From Methanomassiliicoccaceae archaeon (GTDB lineage: Archaea; Thermoplasmatota; Thermoplasmata; Methanomassiliicoccales; Methanomassiliicoccaceae), in the NCBI GenBank assembly GCA_040776945.1, contig JAXGZN010000001.1:160001-224000 (forward strand): 64,000 nt of DNA, written 5' to 3'. Of the stretch, positions 1 to 8,878 are shown in pieces (position 1 is the stretch's first letter; each line of letters opens with the position of its first letter). A program made the position numbers and the translations under genes. Under the pieces are notes generated by a model that was not told the origin of the DNA, made no database searches, and saw nothing but the letters and a program-made list of their open reading frames with translations.

Positions 1-721
1 CGTTCACCGCGCGGCCGTTGAGCACTATCATGCTTCCTTTGTCCAGCTGCATCTCCAGCTTTAGACCGGCCATCGCCGCGGTACGGCCGCACCACGCTCC
101 AGTGGCATTGATGACCATCTCTGGACGGACCGTGATGGCGTTGACGCCTTCACCGAGCATGGCGCCTGATATCCTTCCGTCCTTGACCTCGAAGCACCGC
201 AAAGGAAGGTAGTTGCGGACCTCTGCCCCTGCCTGCCGGGCCGCCTCGACGTTCGACCATACAAGGAAGAAGGGATCTATGGAGGCGTCGGCCACCTTGA
301 CCGCGCGCTGGACGTTGAGACTGAGGCTCGGCTCCGCCTTCCTGGCCTCTGTGACGGACAGTTCTTCGGTCCAGATACCGGCGCTTCGGCATGAGCGCAG
401 GAAGAGGTCCCCATATTCGGGATCGTCCGATGGGAGGGATACGTACATGCCGCCGCAATCCTCGATGCAAGACCGTGCTATCCGCTTCAGCGTAGCGCCC
501 TCCACGGCGCATTCCGCCGCTGCCTGAGGGTCCTTAACGGCATATCGGGCGCCCGAGTGCAGCATCCCGTGGTTGCCTCCGGAGGCTCCGGTGCAGAAGT
601 CACCGGCCTCCGCCAGCAGTACCTGCGCCCCGCGCATCGCCAGGTCCCTGGCGATGCCTGCTCCGGTGGCCCCTCCCCCTATGATCAGAACCTCGGGGGA
701 CGCCGTCCGCGCTCTCTCCAT
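1..721 (-). CDS. glpA: FAD-dependent glycerol-3-phosphate dehydrogenase subunit A-like protein (3' part runs off the window)
   Basis: Not in the ORF track. Manual translation from ATG at 721 gives MERARTASPEVLIIGGGATGAGIARDLAMRG...GASGGNHGMLHSGARYAVKDP...IDPF...VINATGAW, matching the GlpA/GlpD FAD-binding and LHSGxRY motifs. Confidence 0.85.
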   Translation of the reverse strand, partial: MERARTASPEVLIIGGGATGAGIARDLAMRGAQVLLAEAGDFCTGASGGNHGMLHSGARYAVKDPQAAAECAVEGATLKRIARSCIEDCGGMYVSLPSDDPEYGDLFLRSCRSAGIWTEELSVTEARKAEPSLSLNVQRAVKVADASIDPFFLVWSNVEAARQAGAEVRNYLPLRCFEVKDGRISGAMLGEGVNAITVRPEMVINATGAWCGRTAAMAGLKLEMQLDKGSMIVLNGRAVN

Positions 722-756
722 GCTCCCGGTGAGGCGGTACATGGCATAAAGCGTTT

Positions 757-1143
757 TCATGAAGCGCCGCGCGAAGGACCATCATGGGACGGGACAGCGG
801 TCAGCCCGAGTTCTCGTTCCTCCTCCCGCAGCTCAGCGGTCTCCTTCGACAGGACAAAGGTTAGAACCGTTCGGATCAGCACTATGCCTCCCAACCGAAG
901 CACCTCGTCCATGTTGGGAGCAATAATGGTCAGGACAATGTCCGAAGCTATGAGGAAGTCCAGTCCGAAGACGATCTTCCTGGCGAGTTCGCCCCGGATG
1001 CGGGTGAACGTCATCCCCTTATCTCTCTGGATGCCTCCGAGGACCAATCGGACAAGGGCCACGGCCCCTCCGTAGGCTATCACCAGGGCACCGGCGTACG
1101 CTAGGAACAAAGAGATGAGCTGGATGATATTGGGGAGCTCCAC
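757..1143 (-). CDS. DUF1622-family small membrane protein
   Basis: Hydrophobic segments and the motifs GLDFLIASDIVLT and LGGIVLIRTVLTFVL typical of DUF1622. Confidence 0.8.
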   Translation of the reverse strand: MELPNIIQLISLFLAYAGALVIAYGGAVALVRLVLGGIQRDKGMTFTRIRGELARKIVFGLDFLIASDIVLTIIAPNMDEVLRLGGIVLIRTVLTFVLSKETAELREEERELGLTAVPSHDGPSRGAS

Positions 1144-1197
1144 AGTTACGTGTAATGCCGGTCAGGACATTAATCATTTCCAAAGGATGAAGTAAAA

Positions 1198-1275
1198 TGG
1201 TAGCGGGGGGTCGATTTGAACGACCGGTCTCCGGGTTATGAGCCCGACGGGATGTCCTGGCTACCCCACCCCGCT
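1198..1275 (-). tRNA. tRNA-Met(CAT), initiator type, CCA encoded
   Basis: Reverse complement AGCGGGGTGGGGTAGCCAGGACATCCCGTCGGGCTCATAACCCGGAGACCGGTCGTTCAAATCGACCCCCCGCTACCA. It has an A1-U72 pair, three G-C pairs closing the anticodon stem, a CAT anticodon and a GTTCAAATC T-loop. Confidence 0.95.
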
Positions 1276-1337
1276 GTGTATCTCCCGCTATTGCAAGACC
1301 CAATATAAAGCTTTGTGATGCCTTAACGGCCCCAGGT

Positions 1338-1670
1338 TCAGAACAGGTTCCTAAGCCGGAGCATATCATCGATGCTTCCCTTCAGCTTCAGCTTTCTTAG
1401 GGCCAAAGCCTTCATTGGTTTTATCTTTCCAGATATGAGGCCATCCATGGTCTCCGGGTCGGACAGGATGGTGATGTCCGGATCATCGATGCGGCCTGCC
1501 TTGAAGTCGTTGACCCTCTCGTCGTGCAAGTGGAAATTGTATGTTTCGCTCTCGAGGTCGATGAGCACCTTGCGGTCCACTCCCTTGAGCTCGCCGCGTA
1601 TCTTCTCGTCGCTCTCGACCTTGTCATTGAACCTCTTGATGAGTTCTTGCAGTTTCGGCTCGATAGTCAT
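1338..1670 (-). CDS. SCP2 sterol/lipid-binding domain protein
   Basis: C-terminal PMKALALRKLKLKGSIDDMLRL matches the SCP2 signature; ATGA overlap with the rnhB stop. Confidence 0.8.
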   Translation of the reverse strand: MTIEPKLQELIKRFNDKVESDEKIRGELKGVDRKVLIDLESETYNFHLHDERVNDFKAGRIDDPDITILSDPETMDGLISGKIKPMKALALRKLKLKGSIDDMLRLRNLF

Positions 1671-2320
1671 CGTTCATCCATCCAATCTGTCAATCTGGTA
1701 ACCCTGCTTAGCGAATATAAGTCCTTGGCCGTCTTCCAGGTCCCCCGCACGTGGGGCGGCAGAGAGCCGTTCTCCTTCAGCCAGTCCTGTATGAATCCGA
1801 TCGTAGTCCGGTCATGGGCGTAGCCTGAGCCGATCGGTCTCCCAAAAAAACTCTGGATGTCGTCCATGGCCTGGTCCCTCAGTACCTTGGCCACTATTGA
1901 CGCCGCCGCCACCACGGGGTACATGGAATCCGCGTGATGGCTGCAGACCATCTCCGGCCGGCAGATGGTGCGTTCCGTGATGTTCCTGCCGAAGCGCTCC
2001 TCGATGACGTCCGCGGCGTCCACGAACACACGGTCTGGTCGAAGGCGGTCGATGAGGTCGGCGAAAAGGGCTGCCTCAAGGGCGTTCAGGGTGTCCCGTC
2101 CCATGAGCTCATCGATCTCCGCGGCGGAGATGATGGAGACCTCTACAGCAGAGATCTTGCGGATCTCGATGGCCAGTTCCTCCCTCTTCCTCCGGGTCAG
2201 GAGCTTGGAGTCCTTGACCTTGAGCCTCTTAAGAGCCCGGTCGTTCTCGACCATGACCGCGGCAACGACCATCGGCCCCATCACTGGACCTCGGCCGGCC
2301 TCATCCACCCCGCAGATCAC
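1667..2320 (-). CDS. rnhB: Ribonuclease HII
   Basis: CGVDEAGRGPVMGPMVV, VKDSKLL, AAASIVAKV and GSGY motifs; start placed at GTG 2320. Confidence 0.95.
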   Translation of the reverse strand: MICGVDEAGRGPVMGPMVVAAVMVENDRALKRLKVKDSKLLTRRKREELAIEIRKISAVEVSIISAAEIDELMGRDTLNALEAALFADLIDRLRPDRVFVDAADVIEERFGRNITERTICRPEMVCSHHADSMYPVVAAASIVAKVLRDQAMDDIQSFFGRPIGSGYAHDRTTIGFIQDWLKENGSLPPHVRGTWKTAKDLYSLSRVTRLTDWMDER

Positions 2321-2420
2321 GGTACCGCTCAATTTTCTCTCCGTATATAGCAATATCGAACCGAGGGCTGCGGGCGCGGGAAGGTTAATCAATCGCGGCG
2401 GCACTCAGTCCTGCGGTAAT

Positions 2421-3527
2421 ATGTCCGAGGTGTACTTCGCCGACCTGAAGGCCGATCGAGCGTCCAGGAACGTGCCGAACAAGATCCAGAAGCTCTTCCG
2501 GAGGGCCAGACTGGAAAGCACCTTCTCCCCCGGCGACCTGGTGGCGGTGAAGACCCACTTCGGGGAAGAAGGTTTGACCTCATATCTCAGGCCGGAACTG
2601 GTCTCCAAGGTCGTCGACCTCGTGTCCAAGGCCGGCGGGAGGCCTTTCCTCACCGACTGCAGCACCTTGTACAAAGGAATGAGGACCAACGCGGTCGACC
2701 ACCTTCTGCTAGCGGCGAGGCATGGGTTCACCTATCCCGTGATAAACGTCCCGGTGATCATAGCTGATGGGTTGAGGGGCACCGACCATGTGGAGGTTCC
2801 AGTAGGCTTGAGGCACTGCTCCACGGTGAAGTACGGAGCTGCCGCTCATCATGCGGACGCTCTCATGGTGGTGTCGCACTTCAAGGGACACGGCCTGACC
2901 GGCTTCGGCGGGGCGATCAAGAACGTGGCCATGGGCCTGGGGTCCAGGCGGGGCAAGATGGAGATGCATGCTCTGGTCCGCGCGAAGGTTATCGAGAGCA
3001 CGTGCAAGGGGTGTGGGCAATGCGTTGTGCGGTGCCCGGCGGATGCCATTCGGATCAAGGGCCGAAAGGCCGTGATCGATCCGGAGAAGTGCATCGGCTG
3101 CGGCGAGTGCAACGTGGCCTGCCAACACGGGAGCATCGACCTCGGTGATTGGAACAACTACATCGCCCTCCAGGAGCGCATGGTAGAGTACTGTTATGGC
3201 ATTCTCAAGGGCAAGAGGGGCAAGGCCGGGTACATGACCTTCATTATGAACGTGACCCCGCTGTGTGACTGCTACGACTTCAACGACGCCCCGATCGTCC
3301 CGGACATCGGGATATTGGCCTCAAAGGACATCGTGGCCATCGATCAGGCCGCGGCCGATCTTGTGAACCGTGCGCCAGGAATGCCGGACAGCAGGCTGAA
3401 GGACGCTCGCGTTCCCGGGACCGATAAGTTCAGGCAGATAGTGGATGCCGACTGGACCGCCCAGTTGCGGTACGCGGAGGAACTGGGCCTGGGCGAGCGG
3501 ACCTATGATCTCATTAAGGTGAGGTGA
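2421..3527 (+). CDS. DUF362 domain protein with 2x[4Fe-4S] ferredoxin insert
   Basis: VAVKTHFGE, SHFKGH and GGAIKN motifs plus CKGCGQCVVRCP and CIGCGECNVAC. Confidence 0.85.
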   Translation: MSEVYFADLKADRASRNVPNKIQKLFRRARLESTFSPGDLVAVKTHFGEEGLTSYLRPELVSKVVDLVSKAGGRPFLTDCSTLYKGMRTNAVDHLLLAARHGFTYPVINVPVIIADGLRGTDHVEVPVGLRHCSTVKYGAAAHHADALMVVSHFKGHGLTGFGGAIKNVAMGLGSRRGKMEMHALVRAKVIESTCKGCGQCVVRCPADAIRIKGRKAVIDPEKCIGCGECNVACQHGSIDLGDWNNYIALQERMVEYCYGILKGKRGKAGYMTFIMNVTPLCDCYDFNDAPIVPDIGILASKDIVAIDQAAADLVNRAPGMPDSRLKDARVPGTDKFRQIVDADWTAQLRYAEELGLGERTYDLIKVR

Positions 3528-3613
3528 GGTGAGGTGGCTACGCTAACGCCTGTAGCTACAAAATCTATATTGACCTACAGATGTTAGAGCAGGTCGCGCA
3601 ATAGGGTGATATC

Positions 3614-4489
3614 ATCACGACGGACGTTCAGAACCGGAAATTGGCCAACGGCTTCAAGCTCACCAGGGTAGGGGTCACTGGTGTCAAAAAGCCGGTACGG
3701 ATCACTAGGGCCGGAAGGAACAACATCCTTTTCTGTACGATCGATGTATATGTCGATCTTCCGGCGACCCAGAAAGGGTCCCACTTGTCACGCAACCTTG
3801 AGGTCATTAACGAAACGGTCAATCGGAGCATGGTCGACTCGATAGCGGGCATCGAGATAATAGCCGCGGATATCTGCCGGGCCCTGAGAGAGAAGCATGA
3901 GTACTCGAGCTACGCAGAGGTGCGATTGGTGGCCGACTATTTCGTGGAGCGCCCCGGGCCCAGCGGAAAACGGAACCTCGAATCGTTCAAAATAATGGCC
4001 AACGCGGTGAGCAGGAACGGTGACAGCCTAAGGAAAATGATCGGTGTGGAGGTCGTGGGCATGACGGCCTGCCCTTGCGCTATGGAGACGGTCAAGGAGC
4101 AGTACGGGAACAACGTCGCGTTCGAGAACGACCTTCCGATCATAAGCCATAACCAGCGTAACATCGCGACGGTCATGGTGGAGGTCCCAGAAGAGTATGA
4201 TGTTGAGGCCAACGAGCTTATCGACCTCGTTGAATCGTCCTTCTCCTCGGCGACCTATGAGGTACTGAAGAGGGCCGATGAGGCCGCAGTGGTACTGCAG
4301 GCCCACCAACAGCCCAAGTTCGTCGAGGATGTGGTCCGCACCATGCTCTCCAAGCTCTTGGTCCATCTGGAAGACATGCCGGACGGGGCGCTGGTGACGG
4401 TGAGGAGCGAGAGCGAGGAGTCCATCCACAAGCACAACGCCTTCGCCGAGAGGACCGCCAGTCTAGGCGAGCTGCGCACAGGGGATTAG
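3614..4489 (+). CDS. mptA: GTP cyclohydrolase MptA (FolE2/GCYH-IB family); start probably ATC 3614 (ORF-track start TTG 3641)
   Basis: KGSHLSR, MTACPCA, SHNQR, PKFVEDVVR and ESIHKHNA motifs. The N-terminal DVQ motif lies upstream of the TTG. Confidence 0.9.
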   Translation: MTTDVQNRKLANGFKLTRVGVTGVKKPVRITRAGRNNILFCTIDVYVDLPATQKGSHLSRNLEVINETVNRSMVDSIAGIEIIAADICRALREKHEYSSYAEVRLVADYFVERPGPSGKRNLESFKIMANAVSRNGDSLRKMIGVEVVGMTACPCAMETVKEQYGNNVAFENDLPIISHNQRNIATVMVEVPEEYDVEANELIDLVESSFSSATYEVLKRADEAAVVLQAHQQPKFVEDVVRTMLSKLLVHLEDMPDGALVTVRSESEESIHKHNAFAERTASLGELRTGD

Positions 4490-6804
4490 ATCATTGGCCT
4501 GGCGTCCCCGGTGACTGCAGGTAGAAGGACCACGAACCTCGCCCCTTTCGATGGATCGCCGGGCACGCGGTCCTCGACCCATACCCTGCCGTTGAGGTCC
4601 TCGACCAGTTTCTTCACGAGATAGAGGCCCAGACCGCTCCCTGTGGTCTTGGTGCGCCCCCTCATCTTTCGCTGGAAGAGCTTGCTCTTCAGATCATCGG
4701 GGATCCCTGGGCCGTCGTCCTCCACCCACACCTTATAGTGCTCCCTCCCGGCCTCGAAGACCTTGTTGAGCACGATCGATATCTCCACGGGACCGGTGGA
4801 ATGCTTGATCGAGTTGCTCAAGAGATTTGTGAACACGTCCCTCAGCAGGTCTCCGGCCATTACGAACTTCTTGATGGATGCCTTATAGTTTATCTTGACC
4901 TCTCTGCCCGGATAGTGCTCGAACTCCGCCCTTACGTCCTCTAGCAGCCACCCCAGGTCGACCAGTCCGTATTTCGAATCGTGGCTTTCCACCCTTTGGA
5001 TCTTGCGGACTGTCTCGATAAGCTCGTTGCTGCTGGAAAGGATGTCCTGGGACTTGGAGAAGTATTGCATGTTCTTCGCTTCGATGTCCATCTTGTCAAC
5101 GGCAGCCTGGAGATAGCTTGAGACCGCGGCGTTCATATTGCTGATGTCATGCGACAGCAGGTCGATGTAAAGCTCCGCCTGCTCCTTGGCCTCGATGGCA
5201 TCGTGCTCCAGCTTCCTCTGCCTGGTGATGTCCTGAACGACGCTCACCCCCCCGATGATCTTATTCGATCCATCGTGGATGGGCGCTGCCGAGCACAATA
5301 TGGTCCCCCGGCTGCCGTCGAGCCGCTGGATATCGATCACGTTGCCCACGACGGTCTCCCCCTTTCGGATAGCGATGGCGATCGGCCATTCGTCCGGCCG
5401 CACGGTCATGCCGTTATCTGCCCACCAGCCCTTGAGCGCCTTGTAGTCCTTAAGGCTGGACAGGGTAGGCAATCTGCCGCCCCAGATGACGTCAACAAGG
5501 TCATTGCTCATCACTGTCTTTCCAACGTTGTCAGAAACGCTCACGCCCACGGGCAGGTTGTCCAGAATCGCCCTTACCCATCGCTTCTCTGCGTCCGCCC
5601 GGGCGGCCATCTCCTCCATGCGGTTCCTTGCCGAGACCTGTTCCGTTACGTCGGTCAGAAGGACCAGAGCGCCCTTCTCCCCGACCTTGTACTGGATCGG
5701 GACGATCGATATGTTCAGGAACGTCCGCTTGCCATTGAGCGTGATGGTCTCCGCCTCCTTCCGGCCGCTTGGAGCATTGTTCCTCAGCACCGCCTGGACC
5801 TTATCGGTAAGGTCCAGGGGCGGTGCCGACACCTGCGTCAACGGCTTCCCGGCCATCAGCTCTGCCCATACCGTGTCCCCGCAGACATCGGCGAAGGCCT
5901 GGTTCGCCCATCTCACCTTGAGGTCATTGCCCGAGAGCGCCAGTATCCCTGCCGGAGCGTTCTCAATCACCGTCTGGAGCATTTTCCTCTGCTCCTCCAC
6001 CTCCAGCGCCAGGCGGGCCCTCTCCTCCTCGGCGCGCCTGCGTTCGGTGATGTCGTGCACGATCGAGTAGGTATAGGTCCGGTTCTCGATGTGTATCGGG
6101 CCGGTAACGACCTCCACATCGCGTAATTGCCCATCGGCAAGGCGATGCTTGAGGAAGAGAGGGCTCATCTCATTGGACGATGCATCCTCTGCTCCCGGAC
6201 CCTCTGAGCATATTATGTAATGAAGGTCCTTCCCGATAAGGTCCTGCCGGCCATATCCATAGAAGTCAACCGCCGCCTGATTGACGTCCACTATCTTGTT
6301 CTTGGCCGGGTCCGCGATGAACATGACCGCGTGGTTCTCCTTGAACAGGCTGACATAGCGGTCGTTGCTCTCCCTCAGCTCCTCCAGCATTCGCTTTCTC
6401 TGGATAGCGTATCTTATGGCCCGCTCGACGCCTGTCTCGTCCACCTCGCCCTTGACGAGGTAATCCTGAGCGCCTATGGTCATGGCCTTAACGCCCAGCT
6501 CGACGTCGGTGAGGCCGGTCAGCACTATGGTGGGGAGCTTTGGGTAGGAGGCGTTCATCGTTTCCAGGGTTTTCAATCCGGAGGAGTCCGGCAGGCCAAG
6601 ATCGAGGAGCACGATGTCCGGAGCCTCATCCTCCACCATCTTCAGCGCAGCGCTCAGGCGATCGACGGACATCAGTGCGAACCTCGCGGAACGGGACTCG
6701 TTGAGCATCTCGCGCATCAGGGCCACATCCCCAGGGTTGTCTTCCACGAGAAGTACCCTTACTATGTTGTTCGCCGAACCGCTTCGATCAGGATCGTTAA
6801 CCAT
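4486..6804 (-). CDS. Hybrid sensor histidine kinase (REC-PAS-PAS-PAS-HisKA-HATPase)
   Basis: Receiver motifs VLLVEDN and DIVLLDLGLPD; PAS segments; H-box LSHDISN, N-box NLLSNSIKH, DDGPGIP and GSGLGL. Start uncertain (ORF extends to 6921). Confidence 0.9.
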   Translation of the reverse strand: MVNDPDRSGSANNIVRVLLVEDNPGDVALMREMLNESRSARFALMSVDRLSAALKMVEDEAPDIVLLDLGLPDSSGLKTLETMNASYPKLPTIVLTGLTDVELGVKAMTIGAQDYLVKGEVDETGVERAIRYAIQRKRMLEELRESNDRYVSLFKENHAVMFIADPAKNKIVDVNQAAVDFYGYGRQDLIGKDLHYIICSEGPGAEDASSNEMSPLFLKHRLADGQLRDVEVVTGPIHIENRTYTYSIVHDITERRRAEEERARLALEVEEQRKMLQTVIENAPAGILALSGNDLKVRWANQAFADVCGDTVWAELMAGKPLTQVSAPPLDLTDKVQAVLRNNAPSGRKEAETITLNGKRTFLNISIVPIQYKVGEKGALVLLTDVTEQVSARNRMEEMAARADAEKRWVRAILDNLPVGVSVSDNVGKTVMSNDLVDVIWGGRLPTLSSLKDYKALKGWWADNGMTVRPDEWPIAIAIRKGETVVGNVIDIQRLDGSRGTILCSAAPIHDGSNKIIGGVSVVQDITRQRKLEHDAIEAKEQAELYIDLLSHDISNMNAAVSSYLQAAVDKMDIEAKNMQYFSKSQDILSSSNELIETVRKIQRVESHDSKYGLVDLGWLLEDVRAEFEHYPGREVKINYKASIKKFVMAGDLLRDVFTNLLSNSIKHSTGPVEISIVLNKVFEAGREHYKVWVEDDGPGIPDDLKSKLFQRKMRGRTKTTGSGLGLYLVKKLVEDLNGRVWVEDRVPGDPSKGARFVVLLPAVTGDARPMI

Positions 6805-7113
6805 GGTGATGACCATCTCAAGGACCTCGTTGCTCCTCCGCTCCATCCGACCATCGATGGTTCGCGTTGGCTCCCCATATGAATAAAACCTCTCCATGCC
6901 TACGGCGATAGGGTCTTTCACCCATCACGTCGCAACCCCTGTCCGGCGATCGGCCCGTCCAACAGTGCTCTCATCGGCTGAACCGTTCTAACCGGACAAT
7001 GATTAAAGTGGTTTGGGATTATATTAGCCTAACCGTAAGATGGTCCCAATTGCCGCGATGTCGAGAATTGTCCTTTTTATTCCCACATGTGATGAAAGGT
7101 CCGGAGAGCGGAA

Positions 7114-7785
7114 ATGAGCATAAAGGCGATCGTTGTGGACATCGATGGAACGCTAACGGACATGAACAAGCTCATTTTCACCTCAGGCATAGAGGCGCTG
7201 AGGAAGGTGCAGGAGAAAGGCATCCCGGTGAGCTTGGCATCTGGGAACGTCCTTCCGGTCGCCTATGGCCTATCGACCTATCTGGGCCTTAGGGGACCGA
7301 TCGTGGCCGAGAACGGAGGAGTGGTATCGCACCAAGAGCGCATATACCAGGTCGCCGAAGGCATATTGGCGGAGAGGGCCTATGAACACCTACGGTCCAG
7401 GATGCCAGTGGAGCGCTTGTTCACTGACAGGTGGAGGTGCACCGAGGTAGCGCTCCGCCGCACCGCCGACCTCGAGCGAGTGAGGAAGGAGCTGGAGGGT
7501 TGGGATGTGACTATAGAGGCGACCGGCTTTGCCATCCATATCATGGACCGCGGCCATGGAAAGCTAGCAGGGGTAAGGAAGATGGCCGAGATATCCGGCA
7601 TCGACATCTCGCAGATCGCGGCGTTCGGCGACTCAGACAACGATGTGGGGATGCTTAAGGAGTGCGGAGAGAGCGTCGCGGTAGGCAACGCATCGCTGGC
7701 GGCAAAGGCCGCCGCGAGGTACGTGAGCCCCCATCCTCATGCCGCCGGCGTCATTGATGGCCTCCGGAGGCTTGGGCTTCTATAA
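7114..7785 (+). CDS. Archaeal phosphoglycolate phosphatase (HAD subfamily IIB)
   Basis: DIDGTLT, ASGN, AENGG and FGDSDND motifs. Confidence 0.85.
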   Translation: MSIKAIVVDIDGTLTDMNKLIFTSGIEALRKVQEKGIPVSLASGNVLPVAYGLSTYLGLRGPIVAENGGVVSHQERIYQVAEGILAERAYEHLRSRMPVERLFTDRWRCTEVALRRTADLERVRKELEGWDVTIEATGFAIHIMDRGHGKLAGVRKMAEISGIDISQIAAFGDSDNDVGMLKECGESVAVGNASLAAKAAARYVSPHPHAAGVIDGLRRLGLL

Positions 7786-7797
7786 TGGATAAAGGAT

Positions 7798-8301
7798 TTA
7801 CTTGCGCTGAAGGAGCTCCAGCGCGCCGGCCTCGTCCAGGCCGATGGAAAGTAGGAGGTACTTAAGGGACTTCTTAATGACCATCTCCTCCGTCTTATCG
7901 TCCATGTAGGCTTCCATGACCACGGGGGCGCGCTTGAAGTACTCCACCCCGAACTCCGAGTAATAATATGCGGCATTATCGGGGTCCAGTTCGGCGGCCT
8001 TCTTGTAGGCGGCCTCGGCATCGTTGAACAGTCCGGCCTCCACGCAGAACGAGCCCATCGAACTGTGATACATAGGGTTCTTGGGGTCCAGTTCGGCGGC
8101 CTTCTTGTAGGCGGTCAGGATGTCCTCGGTCTTCACCTTGGGCACCAGCACTGCCGCTTCAGCCTTTCCGAACCAGGCCTCTGCATTGTTTGGATCGACC
8201 TTGGTGACCTTCTCGAACTTGGACAATGCCTTCTGATAATCGCCGTCTCCGAGCGATTGATAAGCCTGCTTCATGAGCTTGTCAGAACTCTCCTCTGCCA
8301 T
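7798..8301 (-). CDS. Tetratricopeptide repeat protein
   Basis: 34-aa periodic TPR units (AYKKAAELDP twice); start ATG 8301. Confidence 0.85.
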   Translation of the reverse strand: MAEESSDKLMKQAYQSLGDGDYQKALSKFEKVTKVDPNNAEAWFGKAEAAVLVPKVKTEDILTAYKKAAELDPKNPMYHSSMGSFCVEAGLFNDAEAAYKKAAELDPDNAAYYYSEFGVEYFKRAPVVMEAYMDDKTEEMVIKKSLKYLLLSIGLDEAGALELLQRK

Positions 8302-8605
8302 GTGATCGCCTCTATGGTGGCCTGATGTAAGGTCATGGAATTGATAAATCTTATTGCTCATTGAGGCCTTGATGAGAGCATCTAGGGATGTGACGAACAC
8401 CATCTGGAGGTGGCCGTTGATCCCCTTCGTGCGGCGCTCGGGGGAGCTTGTCGACGCAATGCTCCCATGGCCTCGCCATTTCCATTGAACGCCCCTCTAC
8501 AGCTTGGAGAGAGGGCGGACGGCCAGTCATGCTACGGTCCTGACAAATGTTAAATATCGAGGTCCTAATGCTAAGGGGCGTCCCTCCCCTGGGGGTTCTC
8601 ACCAT

Positions 8606-8878
8606 ATGGACAAGGAGACTATCAGCAGAGTGGCAAAGGTAGCTAGGCTCAAGCTCGCCGATGAGGAGCTGGAGCAGTACGCGGCCGATCTGGAGGACAT
8701 CCTTTCGGCGTTCTCGGTCCTTGACGAGGCGCCGACGCTGGAGGAATACGACCTTGGCCCGGTCAAGGTCGAGAACGTCCTTCGCGAGGATGTGATCTGC
8801 CGGGATTCCGACCCCGCCGAACTGAGAGAGGTCATGAGCACCAGGGACGAATGGGTAAGGGGGCCGAGGCTTTCGTGA
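8606..8878 (+). CDS. gatC: Asp-tRNA(Asn)/Glu-tRNA(Gln) amidotransferase subunit C
   Basis: VAKVARLKL...NVLRED...VRGPR; directly upstream of gatA. Confidence 0.9.
   Translation: MDKETISRVAKVARLKLADEELEQYAADLEDILSAFSVLDEAPTLEEYDLGPVKVENVLREDVICRDSDPAELREVMSTRDEWVRGPRLS

Noticed and set aside
3517-3536. Tandem (AGGTG)4 at the end of the DUF362 gene
   Set aside because: It is a short microsatellite spanning the stop codon, with no evident phase-variation consequence.
7981-8114. Perfect 32-bp direct repeat (7981-8012 and 8083-8114) resembling a CRISPR repeat pair
   Set aside because: The period is 102 bp, equal to one 34-aa TPR unit inside a CDS. There are only two copies and no cas genes.
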